Counted from the first letter of the stretch, positions 37,890 to 50,808 are shown. The stretch: 64,000 nt of DNA from Hemiscyllium ocellatum (GCF_020745735.1 NW_026867487.1:2604001-2668000); one strand, 5' to 3'. Notes: generated from the letters alone by a model not told the origin. Program-made: numbers and translations.

Positions 37890-38999
37890 TTTCAAATAAA
37901 CCTGTTGGACTACAACCTAGTGTCGTCTGACTTCTGACCTTGTCCACCCCAGTCCAACACCGACACCTCCACATCATGTAAGTGGTTCGAACTGAGAAAG
38001 GTTAAACTCTCAGATTTGTGAAAGGTCCATATCAGCAGAATTGGAAGGGACTGATCGAATTGTCTCCATAACCCAATACAAAGAAACTATCCAGAGTCAG
38101 TAAAGGAGAACAGTAAAGAATTGTAATAGCAAATGGACTTGAGTCTCAGTATCAAAGATATTGGTAATAGGCTGAAACTTTGTTTTACTGTGCTTGTGTG
38201 TTTCGTTCGCTTGATTTTGCTTCATTCCATCTTCTGTGCAATAAACTTCCGCTCTGTTATTGAAGAAAATTTGCAGCCTCATGAGAAAATGTTTCTGTGA
38301 CTAACCACCACATTATCGAAACTAAACAAAATGCAATTATGATCTGTCAGGTCAGGTTTCATTCTAGGACCTGATTTATCCAAACTACCAATTGCTAGGA
38401 AGACAAGAAAAACAATCAAAAATCCATCTGTAATTCTCAGTGACTGAACAAAATCAGAGAAGCACAGAATGTGATGGTGAATGTGCTCAGGACAGAGGAT
38501 ACTGTGTAAAAGGATGGCCAGGAGATATGTCACACAGTGCCATCGTGGCAACTGATGGGAATCTGAACACAACTGAGAAACCTGTTATTGAAGCCAGTCT
38601 TAGCAATGATGACCATGAAACTGTCAGTGATTGCTGTAAAAACCCAGCTGAAAGAAATCTGTAATCTTTACCTGGTCTGGCCCACAATGTGATAGAGTCA
38701 GAGAGATGGACAACACAGGGAAAGGCCCTTCAGCCCTTCAGTGATGACATTTGGGCAACACAACCACCTGACTACTTGAACTCTCTTGTCAAGTGGAGGA
38801 AGAAGGCTTCTGTTGGGATGAGAAGTGATGGCTCAGTTAGGGTGTTTGAGAGTTACAAGTTAGCCAGGAAAGGTCTAAAGAGAATAGCAATGAGAAGTTG
38901 TGCGTGGAGTCAGATGAGATGGGGAAGTGCTACATGAATACTCTTCGTCAGTATTCACACTCAAAAAAGACAATGTTGTTGAGGAGAATAAAGAGATAC

Positions 39000-40560
39000 A
39001 GGCTACTAGACTCGATGGGATTGATGTTCACAAGGAGGAGGGTTAGCAATTCTGGAAAGTGTAAAAATAGATAAGTCCCCTGGGCTGGATGGGATTTATC
39101 CTCGGATTCTCTAGGAAGCCAGGGAGGAGATTGCCTAGCCTTTGGCTTTGATCTTTATGTTGTCATTGTCTACAGGAATAGTGCCAGAAGATGGAAGATA
39201 GCAGATGTTGTTCCCTTGTTCAAGAAGGGAAGTAGAGACAATCCTGATAATCATAGAGTAGTGAGCCTTACTTAGGTTGCGGGTAAAGTGTTGGAAAGGG
39301 TTATAAGACATAGAATTTATAATCATCTGGAGAGGAATAAGTTGATTAGGGATAGTCAACATGGTTTTATGAAGGGTAGGTTGTGCCTCACAAACCTAAT
39401 TGAGTTCTTTGAGAAGGTGACCAAACAGGTGGATAAGGTTAAAACAGTCGATGTGGTGTATATGGATTTCAGTAAGGCATTTGATAAGGTTCCCCACGGT
39501 AGGCTATTGCACAAAATACAGAGGCATGGAATTGAGGGTGATTTAGCAGTTTGGATCAGAAATTGGCTCACTGAATGAAGACAGAAGGTGGTGGTTGATG
39601 GGAAATATTCATCCCGGAGTTCAGTTACTAATGGTCTACCGCAAGGATCTGTTTTGGGTCCACTGCTGTTTGTCATTTTTATAAATGACCTGGATGAGGG
39701 CAGAAAAGGTTGGGTTAGTAAATTTGTAGCTGACACTAAGGTCAGTAGAGTTGTGGATCGTGACGAAGGATGTTATAGGTTACAGAGAGACATTGATAAG
39801 CTGCAGAGCTGGGCTGAAAGGTTGTAAATGAAGTTTAATGTGGAAAAGTGTGAGGTGATTCACGATGGAAGAAGTAACAGGAATGTAGGTTACTGGGCTA
39901 ATGATAAGATTCTTGGAAGTGCAGATGTGCTGAGGGATCTCTGTGTCCAGCTTCATAAATCCTTGAAACTTGCCACCCACATTGATAGGGTTGTGAAGGA
40001 GGCATATGGTGTGTTAGCTTTTATTGGTGATTGAGTTTTGGAACAATGAGGTCACGTTGCAGCTGGACAAAGCTCTGGTCCGGCTGCACTTGGAGTATTG
40101 TGTACAGTTCTGGTCACTGCATTATAGGAAGGATGTGGAAACTTTGGAAAGGGTTCAGAGGAGATTTACCAGAATGTTGCCTGGTATGGAGGGAAGGTCT
40201 GATGGGGAAAAGCTGAGGGACTTGAGGCTGGTTGAGAGGTGATTTAATTGAGACATATAAGATAATCAGAGGGTTAGGTAGGGTGGAGAGTGAGAGCCTT
40301 TTTCCTCAGATGGTGATGGCTAGCACTAGGGCTGATAGATATAGGATAGATATCAGAGGTAGTTTCTTCCGTCATAGAGTAATAGGGGCGTGGAACACAC
40401 TGCCTGCAACAGTAGTAGACTCACCAGCTTTAAGGGCATTTAAATGGTCATTGGAGAGGCATATGGACCAGAATGGAATAATGTAGGATAGATAGGCTAC
40501 AGATTGGTTTCACAGATCGGTGCAACATCCATGGCCTGCGATGTACTGTGCGATAATGTT
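39000..40560 (+). mobile_element. CR1 LINE ORF2 3' portion
   Basis: ORFs 39288-39578, 39588-39827 and 40024-40242 (QHGFMKGRLCLTNL, YMDFSKAFDKVP, PQGSVLGPLLF, LEYCVQFWS). Confidence 0.92.
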
Positions 40561-42124
40561 CTCTATTCTATGTTCTAACCCCGTTTTGCAGCACTTGGCC
40601 CATAGTCTGTAAAGTTTGGCATCACAAGTACATATTGAAATACTTCTTGAATGTTATGAAAGTTTTTGCCTTGTGACTCCAAACCCACAGTAATATAATT
40701 GATACATAACTGCCCTCTGAACTGGTCCAGCAAGCCCCTCAATTGCCAGGAATTAGGGATGGGCAATAAATGCTGCCCTTGCCTATGACACTCACATCCC
40801 TTGAAAGAATATTAAAGATTCACTGGCTATGACTGGACAGATAAGTGGGGAACCAGTGAGGACAGTCCCATTCTGCTGGACACTGGAGGAGGACACTGGA
40901 CACTGGGTGGTCAAGTGTGTGAAAGCCTGCAGGTATGTTGAGGAGGATGAGAAGGGAGAGTGCACTCTGATCAGAGTCACAGAGATCATCATTTACATCA
41001 ATCGTACAGATCATTGAAATAAATATTCCACAAGTGGAATGACCAATCCTGCAGGATATGAACGTAAAGACAGAAGGTTTACCTCATGTGTGACAGACAA
41101 CTGCTACATTTGAGTTTTAATTCATCTGTCAAACACATTTTAAAAGAATCTCTCGATGTTCAGCAGTTGATGATAAATATTGGAATACAAAGACGGGGAA
41201 TTGATGCTGGAATTGAATAGGGTTCTGGTTCCATCACTTGAGGAGAATGTCGCTTGGTACCAGGAATGAAGCTCAGGACGGGTGTATTGACCTTGGAGTG
41301 GGTGCTGTGGAGATTTACCAGAATGATACCGGCTAAAAGGGTTACAACAAGGTGGTATTTACATTGATTTGGCTTATATTCCCTCAAATGTGGAATTTAG
41401 GAGATTAAAGAGTGATCAAATTGAGAGGTTTAAGCTGATTAAAGATTCAATAGGATAAATACAGAGAAATGATTTCTCCAGTAGTGGTAGGGGTGCAGAT
41501 CTTTAAAATTCAAACCAGGTCATTCAGGAGTGCTATTAAATACTTCTTCACACACAGGGTGGGGAGAATCTCAAACTCTCTCCCCTGAGAAGCTGGTGAG
41601 GCTGGAGAATCCAGTGAAAAATTCATCGTTGAGACTGACAGCAATTTTCTGAAAGAAACATTGAAGGATTTAGAACTGAGACAGGCCGGTACACCTCAGC
41701 TATGATCTACCTGTGAATAATGGAACAGCATCGAGGGGCTGAACGGTCTCCTCCAGGTCTGATTTTCCTCTGTATTTGAACAGAATCTCACAGTGTGCAG
41801 CTATTGAGTTATGAGAAACAGGTTTGATATTTTAATTCAGAGCTGTCAGATGTGTGAAACTTGGCAACAACCTCAGGGCTATTTCCTTCTCCTCACGTTT
41901 CCTGTAGGAGTAGGCAGCACCACTGAAACTGAACAGGGGGCCTCCCAGAGGGAATAAAGTTACTAAAAAGAATAAGCACAGTGTTTTACATATGGAAATA
42001 AGGTTCTAATTTAGTGACTGATACCAATTATTCATTCTTATATTTACTGAAAAGAGGTCTGAAAATGTGAAGGGTAAAGAGGGTCAAAAATGAATCTCCC
42101 TGTATGAGTGGAGAACAATCTGCC

Positions 42125-42860
42125 ACTTGGAAATTTACAGCCCAGGAACAGGCCCTTCAGCCCTCCAAGCCTGAGCCGATCCAAATTCATTGTCTAAACC
42201 TATCGCCCAATTCCTAAGCAGCTGTATCCCTCTGCTCCCCACATACTCATGCATATGTCCAGATGCACCTGAAATAAATCTACTGTGTCTGCCTCACTAC
42301 CTCAGCTGGCAACGTGTTCCAGGCACCTACCACCCTCTGTGTAAAGTACTTTCTGCATGTATCTCCCTTAAACTTTTCACCTCTCACCTAGAACACATGA
42401 CCTCTCGTGATCGAATCCCTCACCCTGGAAAAAAGCTCATCTCTATCTACCCTGTCTATACCCTTCATATTTTGAAGACCTCAATCAAGTCCCCCCTCAA
42501 TCTCCTTTTTACTCATGAAAATACTCCTAACCTACTCGACCTCTCTTCATAACTAGCACCTTCGATATCAGACAAAACTGTCTCTAAAGTTCATAATCTT
42601 CACCCTAAACTTGAGGAACTCGATCAAGATTTTAAACAAAGATACCAAATGAGTCTCTTTATGCAGAGAGTGGTAAGGGCATGCTATGCACTGCTCGCCA
42701 ATGTAGTTAACTCAGCCACATTAGGGAGATTTAACAATCCTTGGGTAAGCACATGGATGATGATGGGATAGTGGAGGGGGATGGACTTAGATTAGTACAC
42801 AGGTCAGTCCAACAGCAAGGGCTGAAGGGCCTGATCTGTGCTGTACTGTTCTATATTCTA
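42125..42860 (-). mobile_element. CR1 3'-end fragments, two adjacent pieces
   Basis: Reverse complement of CR1 C-terminus and 3' UTR (gagtctttatgcagagagtggtaaggg, aggggatggacttagattag). Confidence 0.65.
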
Positions 42861-43464
42861 TGTTCCAATAAACCAGAGTTTGTCTCAGATTGAGGATGGT
42901 GATTAACTGGTGAACAACAAAGTGAATTAACCTTGTGATGGAGAAAAATTGAATCATCAGACAACCAATAACTCTGGGTCATTCACAGCCCATTTACAAC
43001 CCACACTGTCCTGGGATTACCACCCATTTAATCTCCTTCCACATTTTATGGACACACTCCATTGAATCTCCTGAGGAAAATCTATTGGGGAATACTCTCT
43101 GGATATGAAACACAAGTGAAGAAATCTCCTGAACATTCATCAATGCTCACATCTCCATCAACAAGACTGTGCCTGGACCCCCCACCCTACCATTCTATCC
43201 CCTGTAGTATTGATTCTCTCGATCAGAACCTGCTCCGAACCAATGTGCAAACCAGGAAAGGACAACGGGATTCATTCCTGACTCGGTTGCTTACTGTTAA
43301 ATGCTGATGTTATGAAATGGATTTCAAGTTCTCCAGCTGGTGGGATTTGTGAATCCAGGATTCAGGATTGTGAGTGCAGTAACAGAACCCCTCCATCACA
43401 GTGTCTCACTGTCAGGGAGACTGTCCAACAGGGATGAACTCTTGGGAAGCGTACTTGGGAAAGA

Positions 43465-43620
43465 GTGGTCACTGAACAATTCCACCACACTCCTTCAATT
43501 CCATCAGTGACTGAGCAACTCCCCCACACTCCTTCAATCCCATCAGTGAGTGAACAACTCCCCCACACTCGTTCAATCCCATCAGTGACTGAACATCCCC
43601 CCCACACTCCTTCAATCCCT
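43465..43620. repeat. 39-bp tandem repeat, 4 copies
   Basis: gtgactgaacaactcccccacactccttcaatcccatca units. They translate as 13-aa repeats (VTEQLPHTPSIPS). Confidence 0.9.
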
Positions 43621-44514
43621 GAGTCAGTCAAGGTCAGTGTGGCCTTGGTGAGCCCAGGGCCAGGTTTCGCAACAGGGTCTTACTGAGTGAGGTCTGAGGG
43701 TAAACAGTGAAGGAGAAAACAGGAGGGAAAACACAGTGGGGGGGACATTCAAGGCTGGACAATGTTCTCAGCTCAGAAACAATTTGCTGCATGTGGAGCT
43801 GACACAGTCAGCGAAACATTTCAAGTGCGGTTTCCATCAATCATTGCTGATGAAGTGAGATTACTTTTGGGTGTGTAACACTGCTTGTTGTTGATAAGGA
43901 CATGGTCTAAAAAGCCATTTCCGTTGTAGATCTTGAGTGTAGCAGTGGGCCGGTTCTGTGAGCAACCCACTGACCTGTGCTGGGTGGGTGTTGGGGCTGG
44001 GGATGGGGTTTTGGGCTACGGTGGAGGGGGTGGTCAGTAAAAAGTAGATGATCGCTCTGGCCTCATCCACTGCTCAGCTCTCCAAATCAGAAACAATGAC
44101 TGGCCATTCAGCTGTGAAGCTGTAATTGTGAATGTTCCCCTTCATGATTAAGCCGAAGTAAAGACACATCTTTTGTATATATTGATCGAGATAGAAATAA
44201 ACAAGTCCACATGTTGTGAATTCATTCTTGGATGTAAATATACATTAGTAAATACATAGAAAGGACAACACAGGGATATTGACAGACAGAGTGATTCACT
44301 CATACTGTTTCCTGCTACAAGGTCAGTCCTAATAGTTCAGACAGTGTTACTGGTGAGGGTGATACAGACACTCAGTACTGTTAGTGATGCCAGTACAGTG
44401 TTTATACTTCAGACAGTGTTATTAGTGAGGGTAACAATGTGGTGAGGATACAGAGTCAGTCAGTGCTGTTCCTGATACAGGTACAGTACAAATATTCTAG
44501 ACTGTGTTACTGGT

Positions 44515-44740
44515 GGAGTTTGCACATTCTCCCCGTGTCTGTGTGTTTCCTCTGGGTGCTCCGGTTTCCTCCCACAGTCCAAAACTGTGCAGGTTAGGTG
44601 AATTGGCCATGCTAAATTGCCCATAGTGTTAGGTGCAGAGGTAAATGTAGGGGAATGGGTCTGGGTGGGTGCGCTTCGGCGGGTCGGTGTGGACTTGTTG
44701 GGCTGAAGGGCCTGTTTCCACACTGTAAGTAATCTAATCT
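44515..44740 (+). mobile_element. HE1/V-SINE, 5'-truncated
   Basis: V-domain and (taatc)n tail as at 8107-8404. Confidence 0.8.
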
Positions 44741-46530
44741 AATTGGTGTCAGTGAATTATTGAGATATCTGTTCGTGTTATTGAAGCAGGACATTCACTG
44801 AAACACTTCGGGGTATTACAATGGTACATGCGCTCCCGCCAATGGGAACAGACTATTGATGTTCACCTTGCTTATTTGATCATTGTTATTTGATCATTGT
44901 TATTTGATCATTATCACATATTCTTCATTACAATCCAAATCTGCCAATAGATTTCCTTTTAGACTCAGTGTCAGCAATTCTCCCAGTTCACGCTGCTGCT
45001 GCTGCTACATCCCTCATCATAGAGTCTGACACTAAGCTGCATTAATCTCTCCAACACAACTTCACTGCACATTATAATATCCCCAAGTTCCCCATTTTCA
45101 CCCAGATCTTTGATCCTTTCCTCCATCTGGAATGGTTTTTTTGGGGTCTTCTTTCATGCCTCTGTCCATTCCTCATTCCCCGTTGGGATTTCCTCTGTTT
45201 CAGTCTCTCAGGGACCCATGTTTACTCTCATTAATTTCTTCCTTCTTACATCCTTCACAAGCTTCCACAATCTCATTCTGTCTGTTCCTGATTTATTCCG
45301 TCAGTTTTCTTTTTCTTTATCAAAGATTCGGTGACCTTCACCTGAATTCTAATAGCCACCCAATCTTTAGGTTTACTCTTCTCTCTGCTATTATAATAAA
45401 TTCCTATGTCCTCACATCACTGGCTCACTCACCAGAGATAATACTTATCCGATCCTCCTGATACCTCTCACCAGCTATTCGGTTAGATTTTAACTTACTC
45501 TATTCCAGCAGCTTGTATTTAAATAGCACCTTCGAGATTGACAAAGGTTCTAAGGCACTGCATGGGAGGATATAAAATGTAAACTAACCCCAGGCATCAG
45601 TTGGGAGATATCAGATAGATGACCAAAGGGTTGGTCAAACAGTTGTGTTTTAAAGAGAATCTTAAAGGAGGAGGCAGGGGTGGAGAGGAGGGAGGGGTGG
45701 AGTGGAGGAAGGAGATTCCAAAGTATCAAATCCAAACATTTCCTACTTCATCATAACTGAAGGCCCTCATTTCTGGTCACCCTCCCCTGATCCCTGCCTG
45801 TGATAGTCACCATTTCCCCAGGGTGCAGTGCCTCGAGCTGTATTTCCTACATCATTGACCTGCCTGTCTGACTGAGCAGCTGTCAGGTTCCAAACTCCCG
45901 ATTGCCCCTATTAGTGTCTGTGTTCTGTCCCTGAAAGCTCAACATCATCCGATCTGCCTCTCACAAACTGTCAGAAATCACAAAGGGATTACTTTAATGG
46001 CATGGGCTGAGGGGTCTTTCCCACTGCCCAGAAATGTAACACTTTATTGTCTCGATCCCAGGAAAGACAATTTGTGATTATTGTTCTATATTTTATTACT
46101 TGGTCATGGAATGTGGGCATCATCAGCTGGACTATTGTTCATATGCAAAAATGCCCTTGAGAAAGTGGGGTGATCTGTCTTTTTGACCTGCTGCAGTCCT
46201 GAGGGTGCAGTTGAAACTGTTAGGGAGAGAATTCCAGCATTTTAACTCAGTGATGATGCAGGGACAGTGATGTCCTTCCAACTCAGGATGGTGTGTGAGT
46301 TGTGGGGGAACTTGCAGGTGATGGTGATCCCATACAGAAGCTGTCCTTGTCCATCCATGTGGTAGGGGTCATGGGTTTAGAAGGGGCTGTTGAATGAGCC
46401 TTGGTGAATTGATGCAGTTGATCTTGTGGATGGGACACACTGCTGCCGTTGTGGAGGTGTTGAATATTAATGGTGGTGGATCGGTGCTGAACAACCCAGC
46501 TGCTTTGTCCTGGATAGTGCTAAACTTCAT

Positions 46531-49233
46531 CAGGGAGATATCTGTACACTGACTGGTGTCTCTCAGTCTCCTCTCTCTCAGGGAGATATCTGTACACTGA
46601 CTGGTGTCTCTCAGTCCCCTCTCTCTGGGAGATATCTGTACACTGACTGGTGTCTCTCAGTCCCGTCTCTCTCAGGGAGATATCTGTACACTGACTGGTG
46701 TCTCTCAGTCCCCTCTCTCTCTCTCAGGGAGATATCTGTACACTGACTGGTGTCTCTCAGTCTCCTCTCTCTCTCTCAGGGTGATATCTGTGCACTGACT
46801 GGTGTCTCTCGGGTCCCCTCTGTCTCAAGAAGATATCTGTACACTGACTGGTGCCTCTCAGTCTCCTATCTCACAGAGAGATATTTGTACACTGACTGGT
46901 GTCTCTCAGTCCCCTGTGTCTCAGGGAGATATCTGTACACTGACTCTTGTCTCTCAGTCCCCTCTCTCTCTCAGGGAGATATCTGTACACTGACTGATGT
47001 CTCTCAGTCCTCTCTCTCAGGGAGATATCTGTACACTGACTGGTGTCTCTCAGTCCCCTCTCTCTCTCAGGGAGATATCTGTACACTGACTGGTGTCTCT
47101 CAGTTCCCTCCCTCTCAGGGAGATATCTGTAAACTGACTGGTGTCTCTCAGTCCCCTCTCTCTCTCAGGGAGATATCTGTACACTGACTGGTGCCTCTCA
47201 GTCCTCTCTCTCCCTCAGGGAGACATCTGTACACTGACTGGTGTCTCTCAGTCCTCTCTCTCTCAGGAAGATATCTGTACACTGACTGGTGTCTCTCAGT
47301 CCCCTCCCTCTCAGGGAGATATCTGTACACTGACTGGTGTCTCTCAGTCCTCTCTCTCCCTCAGGGAGACATCTGTACACTGACTGTTGTCTCTCAGTCC
47401 CCCCTCTCTCAGGGAGATATCTGTACACTGACTTGTGTCTCTCAGTCCCCCCTCTCTCAGGGAGATACCTGTACACTGACTGGTGTCTCTCAGTTCCCTC
47501 TCTCTCAGGGAGATATCTGTACACTGACTGGTGTCTCTCAGCCCCCTCCCTCTCAGGGAGATATCTGTACACTGACTGGTGTCTCTCAGTCCCCCCTCGC
47601 TCAGGGAGATATCTGGACACTGCACACTGACTGCTGTCTCTCAGTCCCCTCTCTCTCTCAGGGAGATATCTGTACACTGACTGGTGTCTCTCAGTTCCCC
47701 CCTCTCTCTCTCAGGAAGATATCTGTACACTGACTGGTGTCTCTCAGTCTCCTCCCGCTCTCTCAGGGAGATATCTGTACACTGACTGGTGTCTCTCAGT
47801 CCCCTCTCTATCAGGGGCATACCTGTACACTGACTGGTATCACTCAGACCCCTCGCTCTCAGGGAGATATCTGTACACTGACTGGTGTCTCTCAGTTCCC
47901 CCCTCTCTCTCTCAGGAAGATATCTGTACACTGACTGGTGTCTCTCAGTCTCCTCTCGCTCTCTCAGGGAGATATCTGTACACTGACTGGTGTCTCTCAG
48001 TCCCCTCTCTCAGGGAGATATCTGTACACTGACTGGTGTCTCTCAGTCCCCTCTCTCAGGCAGATATCTGTACACTGACTGGTGCCTCTCAGTTCCCTTT
48101 CTCTCAGGGGGATTTCTGTACACGAATTGGTGTCTCAGTCCCCTCTCTCTCAGGGAGATATCTGTACACTGACTAGTGTCACTCAGACCCCTCGCTCTCA
48201 GGGAGATACCTGTACACTGATTGGTGTCTCTCAGTCCCCCCTCTCTCTCATGGAGATCTCTGTACACTGACTGGTGTCTCTCAGTTCCCCCCTCTCTCTC
48301 TCAGGAAGATATCTGTACACTGACTGGTGTCTCTCAGTCCCCTCTCTATCAGGGGGATACCTGGACACTGACTGGTATCACTCAGACCCCTCGCTCTCAG
48401 GGAGATATCTGTACACTGACTGGTGTCTCTCAGTCCCCTCTCTCTCAGGGAGATATCTGTACACTGACTGGTGTCTCTCAGTCCCCTCTCTCTCAGGGGG
48501 ATATCTATACACAAACTGGTGTCTGTCAGTCCTCTCTCTCTCAGGGAGATATCTGTACACGAACAGGTGTCTCTCAATCCCCTCTCTCTCTCTCAGGGAG
48601 ATATCTGTACACTGACTGGTGTCTCTCAGTCCCCTCTCTCAGGGAGATATCTGTACACTGACTAGTGTCACTCAGGCCCCTCGCTCTCAGGGAAATACCT
48701 GTACATTGACGGGTGTCTCGCAGTCCCCTCTCTCTCTCAGGGAGATATCTGTACACTGACTGCTGTCTCCCAGTCCAAAATTGGTGTCTCTCAGTCTCCT
48801 CTCTCTCTCAGGGAGATATCTGTACACTGACTGATGTCTCTCAGTCCCCCTCTATCTGAGGAAGATATCTGTACACTGACTGGTGTCTCTCAGTCCCCTC
48901 TCTCAGGGAGATATCTGTGCACTGACTGTGCCTCTCAGTCCTCTCTCTCTCAGGGAGATATGTGTACACTGACTAGTGTCATTCAGACCCCTCGCTCTCA
49001 GGGAGATATCTGTACACTGATTGGTGTCTCTCAGTCCCCCCTCTGTCTCATGGAGATATCTGTACACTGACTGGTGTCTCTCAGTTCCCCCCCCTCTCTC
49101 TCAGGGAGATATCTGTACACTGATTGGTGTCTCTCAGTCCCCTCTCTCTCAGGGAGATATCTGTACACTGACTGGTGTCTCTCAGTCCCCTCTCTCTCAG
49201 GGAGATATCTGTACACTGACTGATGTATCTCAG
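46531..49233. repeat. ~45-50-bp minisatellite array directly upstream of the IgW V promoter
   Basis: Unit cagggagatatctgtacactgactggtgtctctcagtcccc(tc)n. Roughly 55-60 copies, estimated from length rather than counted exactly. Confidence 0.97.
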
Positions 49234-49442
49234 TTTGTTTGTTGTTCACAAACTCTTTAATTTTGAAATAATGAACCAGGACAGAGTGTGACAGGATCTT
49301 TAACCTGATTATTGCTGCGGATCTGTTGCCTGTTGGAGAGAAGTGAAATCTCTGCTGGAGGCGGGGACAGGAAGCTCTGTTTCTGGTTTCAGTGGGTGGA
49401 GCTGCTGGGGAAGTTGGTGAACCCTCACTCACTTCACTCCCC

Positions 49443-49450
49443 TATTTAAA
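49443..49450 (+). promoter_or_regulatory. TATA-like box of IgW V promoter
   Basis: TATTTAAA ~90 nt upstream of the leader ATG. No ATGCAAAT octamer in 49233-49537. Confidence 0.55.
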
Positions 49451-49537
49451 CAGCACTGACTCCAGCTCCAGACAAAGGTGCTCCTGAAGCAGCCGGATTT
49501 CTGGAGTGTCTGACTCTGTCTCTGCTTCCACACGGCG

Positions 49538-49583
49538 ATGGGGATTACTCCTTATCTCTGTGTCCTCCTGCTCTGTCTGACAG
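49538..49583 (+). CDS. IgW: IgW heavy chain leader exon (MGITPYLCVLLLCLT-G)
   Basis: ATG at 49538, hydrophobic signal peptide, phase-1 donor ACAG|gtgag, 122-nt intron to the V exon. Confidence 0.92.
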
Positions 49584-49705
49584 GTGAGAGTTCCTGGGGC
49601 TTTCTCCCCACACAGTGAGGCTGCTTCTTCCCAGATTCTGGGACTCTCCGTTTATCCGACCGGTTTATTAAAGTGAGCTCTCTCCTGTTTCTCTTTTATT
49701 CACAG

Positions 49706-50008
49706 GTATCCGCTCTCAGATCGTGCTGACACAGCCTGAGTCAGTTGTGAAAAAGCCGGGGGAGTCTGTCAGACTGACCTGTACAGTGAGTGGGTTCAGT
49801 CTGGATGACAAATGGATGCACTGGGTGAGACAGGCCCCTGGGAAAGGGCTGCAATGGTTACTTGATTACAAGCAAGGTCAAAACAGTGATTACGCGCCTG
49901 GAATTCGAGGTAGATTCGTCCCTTCAAGAGGCTCCACTACAGTCGCCTACCTCGACATCAGCCAGTTGACAGTGGACGACACCGCCTTGTATTACTGTGC
50001 CAGACGGT
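49706..50008 (+). CDS. IgW: IgW VH gene segment (germline, open)
   Basis: Acceptor ttcacag|gt. Encodes GIRS-QIVLTQPESVVKKPGESVRLTCTVSGFSLDDKWMHWVRQAPGKGLQWLLDYKQGQNSDYAPGIRGRFVPSRGSTTVAYLDISQLTVDDTALYYCARR, with conserved Cys, Trp and YYC. The N-terminus and FR3 resemble shark IgW V as recalled. Confidence 0.93.
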
Positions 50009-50047
50009 CACAGTGAGACGAAATGGGGCTGGACTGGTACAAAAACT
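50009..50047 (+). promoter_or_regulatory. V 23-RSS
   Basis: CACAGTG + 23 nt + ACAAAAACT. Confidence 0.95.
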
Positions 50048-50385
50048 CACTGAGAGAATCTACAGTCAGGGGATTCAGTAAAACGGGGGAATTATCACAC
50101 ACACACACCCCTCAGTTACCAGCCCTGCTTCATTCCCACCCTGACTGTGTTGGGATCTGCTGGTCCTGGGAATGGGGAAATGGGATTATTCACTGCTGAT
50201 TCCTGGCACTGGCGATACGATGGGAAAAGGAGCTCGGGACACGAACAAAGATCTCTCTGGACTGAAACAGTAGAGGGCAGTCCCTGGGCAGGGAGAATCA
50301 GAGCAGCATTACTCACTTGGAGCAGTGTCAGTGTGATCGGGTAAAATGTGAAGTGACTGGACTCAATGTCAGGGAAAGGGGAGGA

Positions 50386-50413
50386 GGTTCATGTATGGCT
50401 CCCTATCACAGTG
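50386..50413 (-). promoter_or_regulatory. D1 5' 12-RSS
   Basis: + strand GGTTCATGT + 12 nt + CACAGTG (reads CACTGTG / ACATGAACC on -). Confidence 0.85.
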
Positions 50414-50432
50414 TCTATATATAACTGGGTGG
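50414..50432 (+). other. IgW: IgW D1 segment (tctatatataactgggtgg, 19 nt)
   Basis: Flanked by 12- and 23-RSS. Frames SIYNWV / LYITGW / YI*LG. Confidence 0.88.
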
Positions 50433-50471
50433 CACAGTGAGAGAGATGGGGGCTCTCCCCATTCAAAAACC
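50433..50471 (+). promoter_or_regulatory. D1 3' 23-RSS
   Basis: CACAGTG + 23 nt + TCAAAAACC. Confidence 0.92.
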
Positions 50472-50808
50472 TGCCACTGGAAATCTATTTAAACTGCTCT
50501 CTCCGGGTGCTATCACTGGCTTTACTTCCTGAGCTGTGGATATAAATCAGATCCAATTCAATAATCTGGGTGTGGGAACAACTTTCTGTGAAGATATCAT
50601 TTGAAAGATGGAAGGAGCAGTGAGGAACAGAGAGAGGATGATGGAGAATGAAAACTCCTGGTGGATTCCCCCAAGTTCCCATCCAGCCCTGAAACCCCCG
50701 GCATTGACTCCTGGAGTGTGGGAGACACTCGGATACAGACTGGGGAGTTCATGAAGCTACCGCCCACTTGTTTGGGACATTTGATTTTGGGCTGGATCCT
50801 GTAGCTGT

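Noticed and set aside
43780-44000. Minus-strand peptide TATLKIYNGNGFLDHV..NVSLTVSA loosely like an Ig C domain
   Set aside because: It lacks the canonical Cys/Trp spacing, contains stops and has no splice sites; the resemblance is too weak.
46604-49432. Many overlapping repetitive ORFs, and a possible CRISPR-like array
   Set aside because: These are minisatellite translations. Inter-unit sequences are (TC)n variants rather than unique spacers, and the context is eukaryotic with no cas genes.
49611-49617. CACAGTG in the leader intron (also at 38533) as cryptic RSS
   Set aside because: No nonamer-like sequence at 12- or 23-nt spacing.
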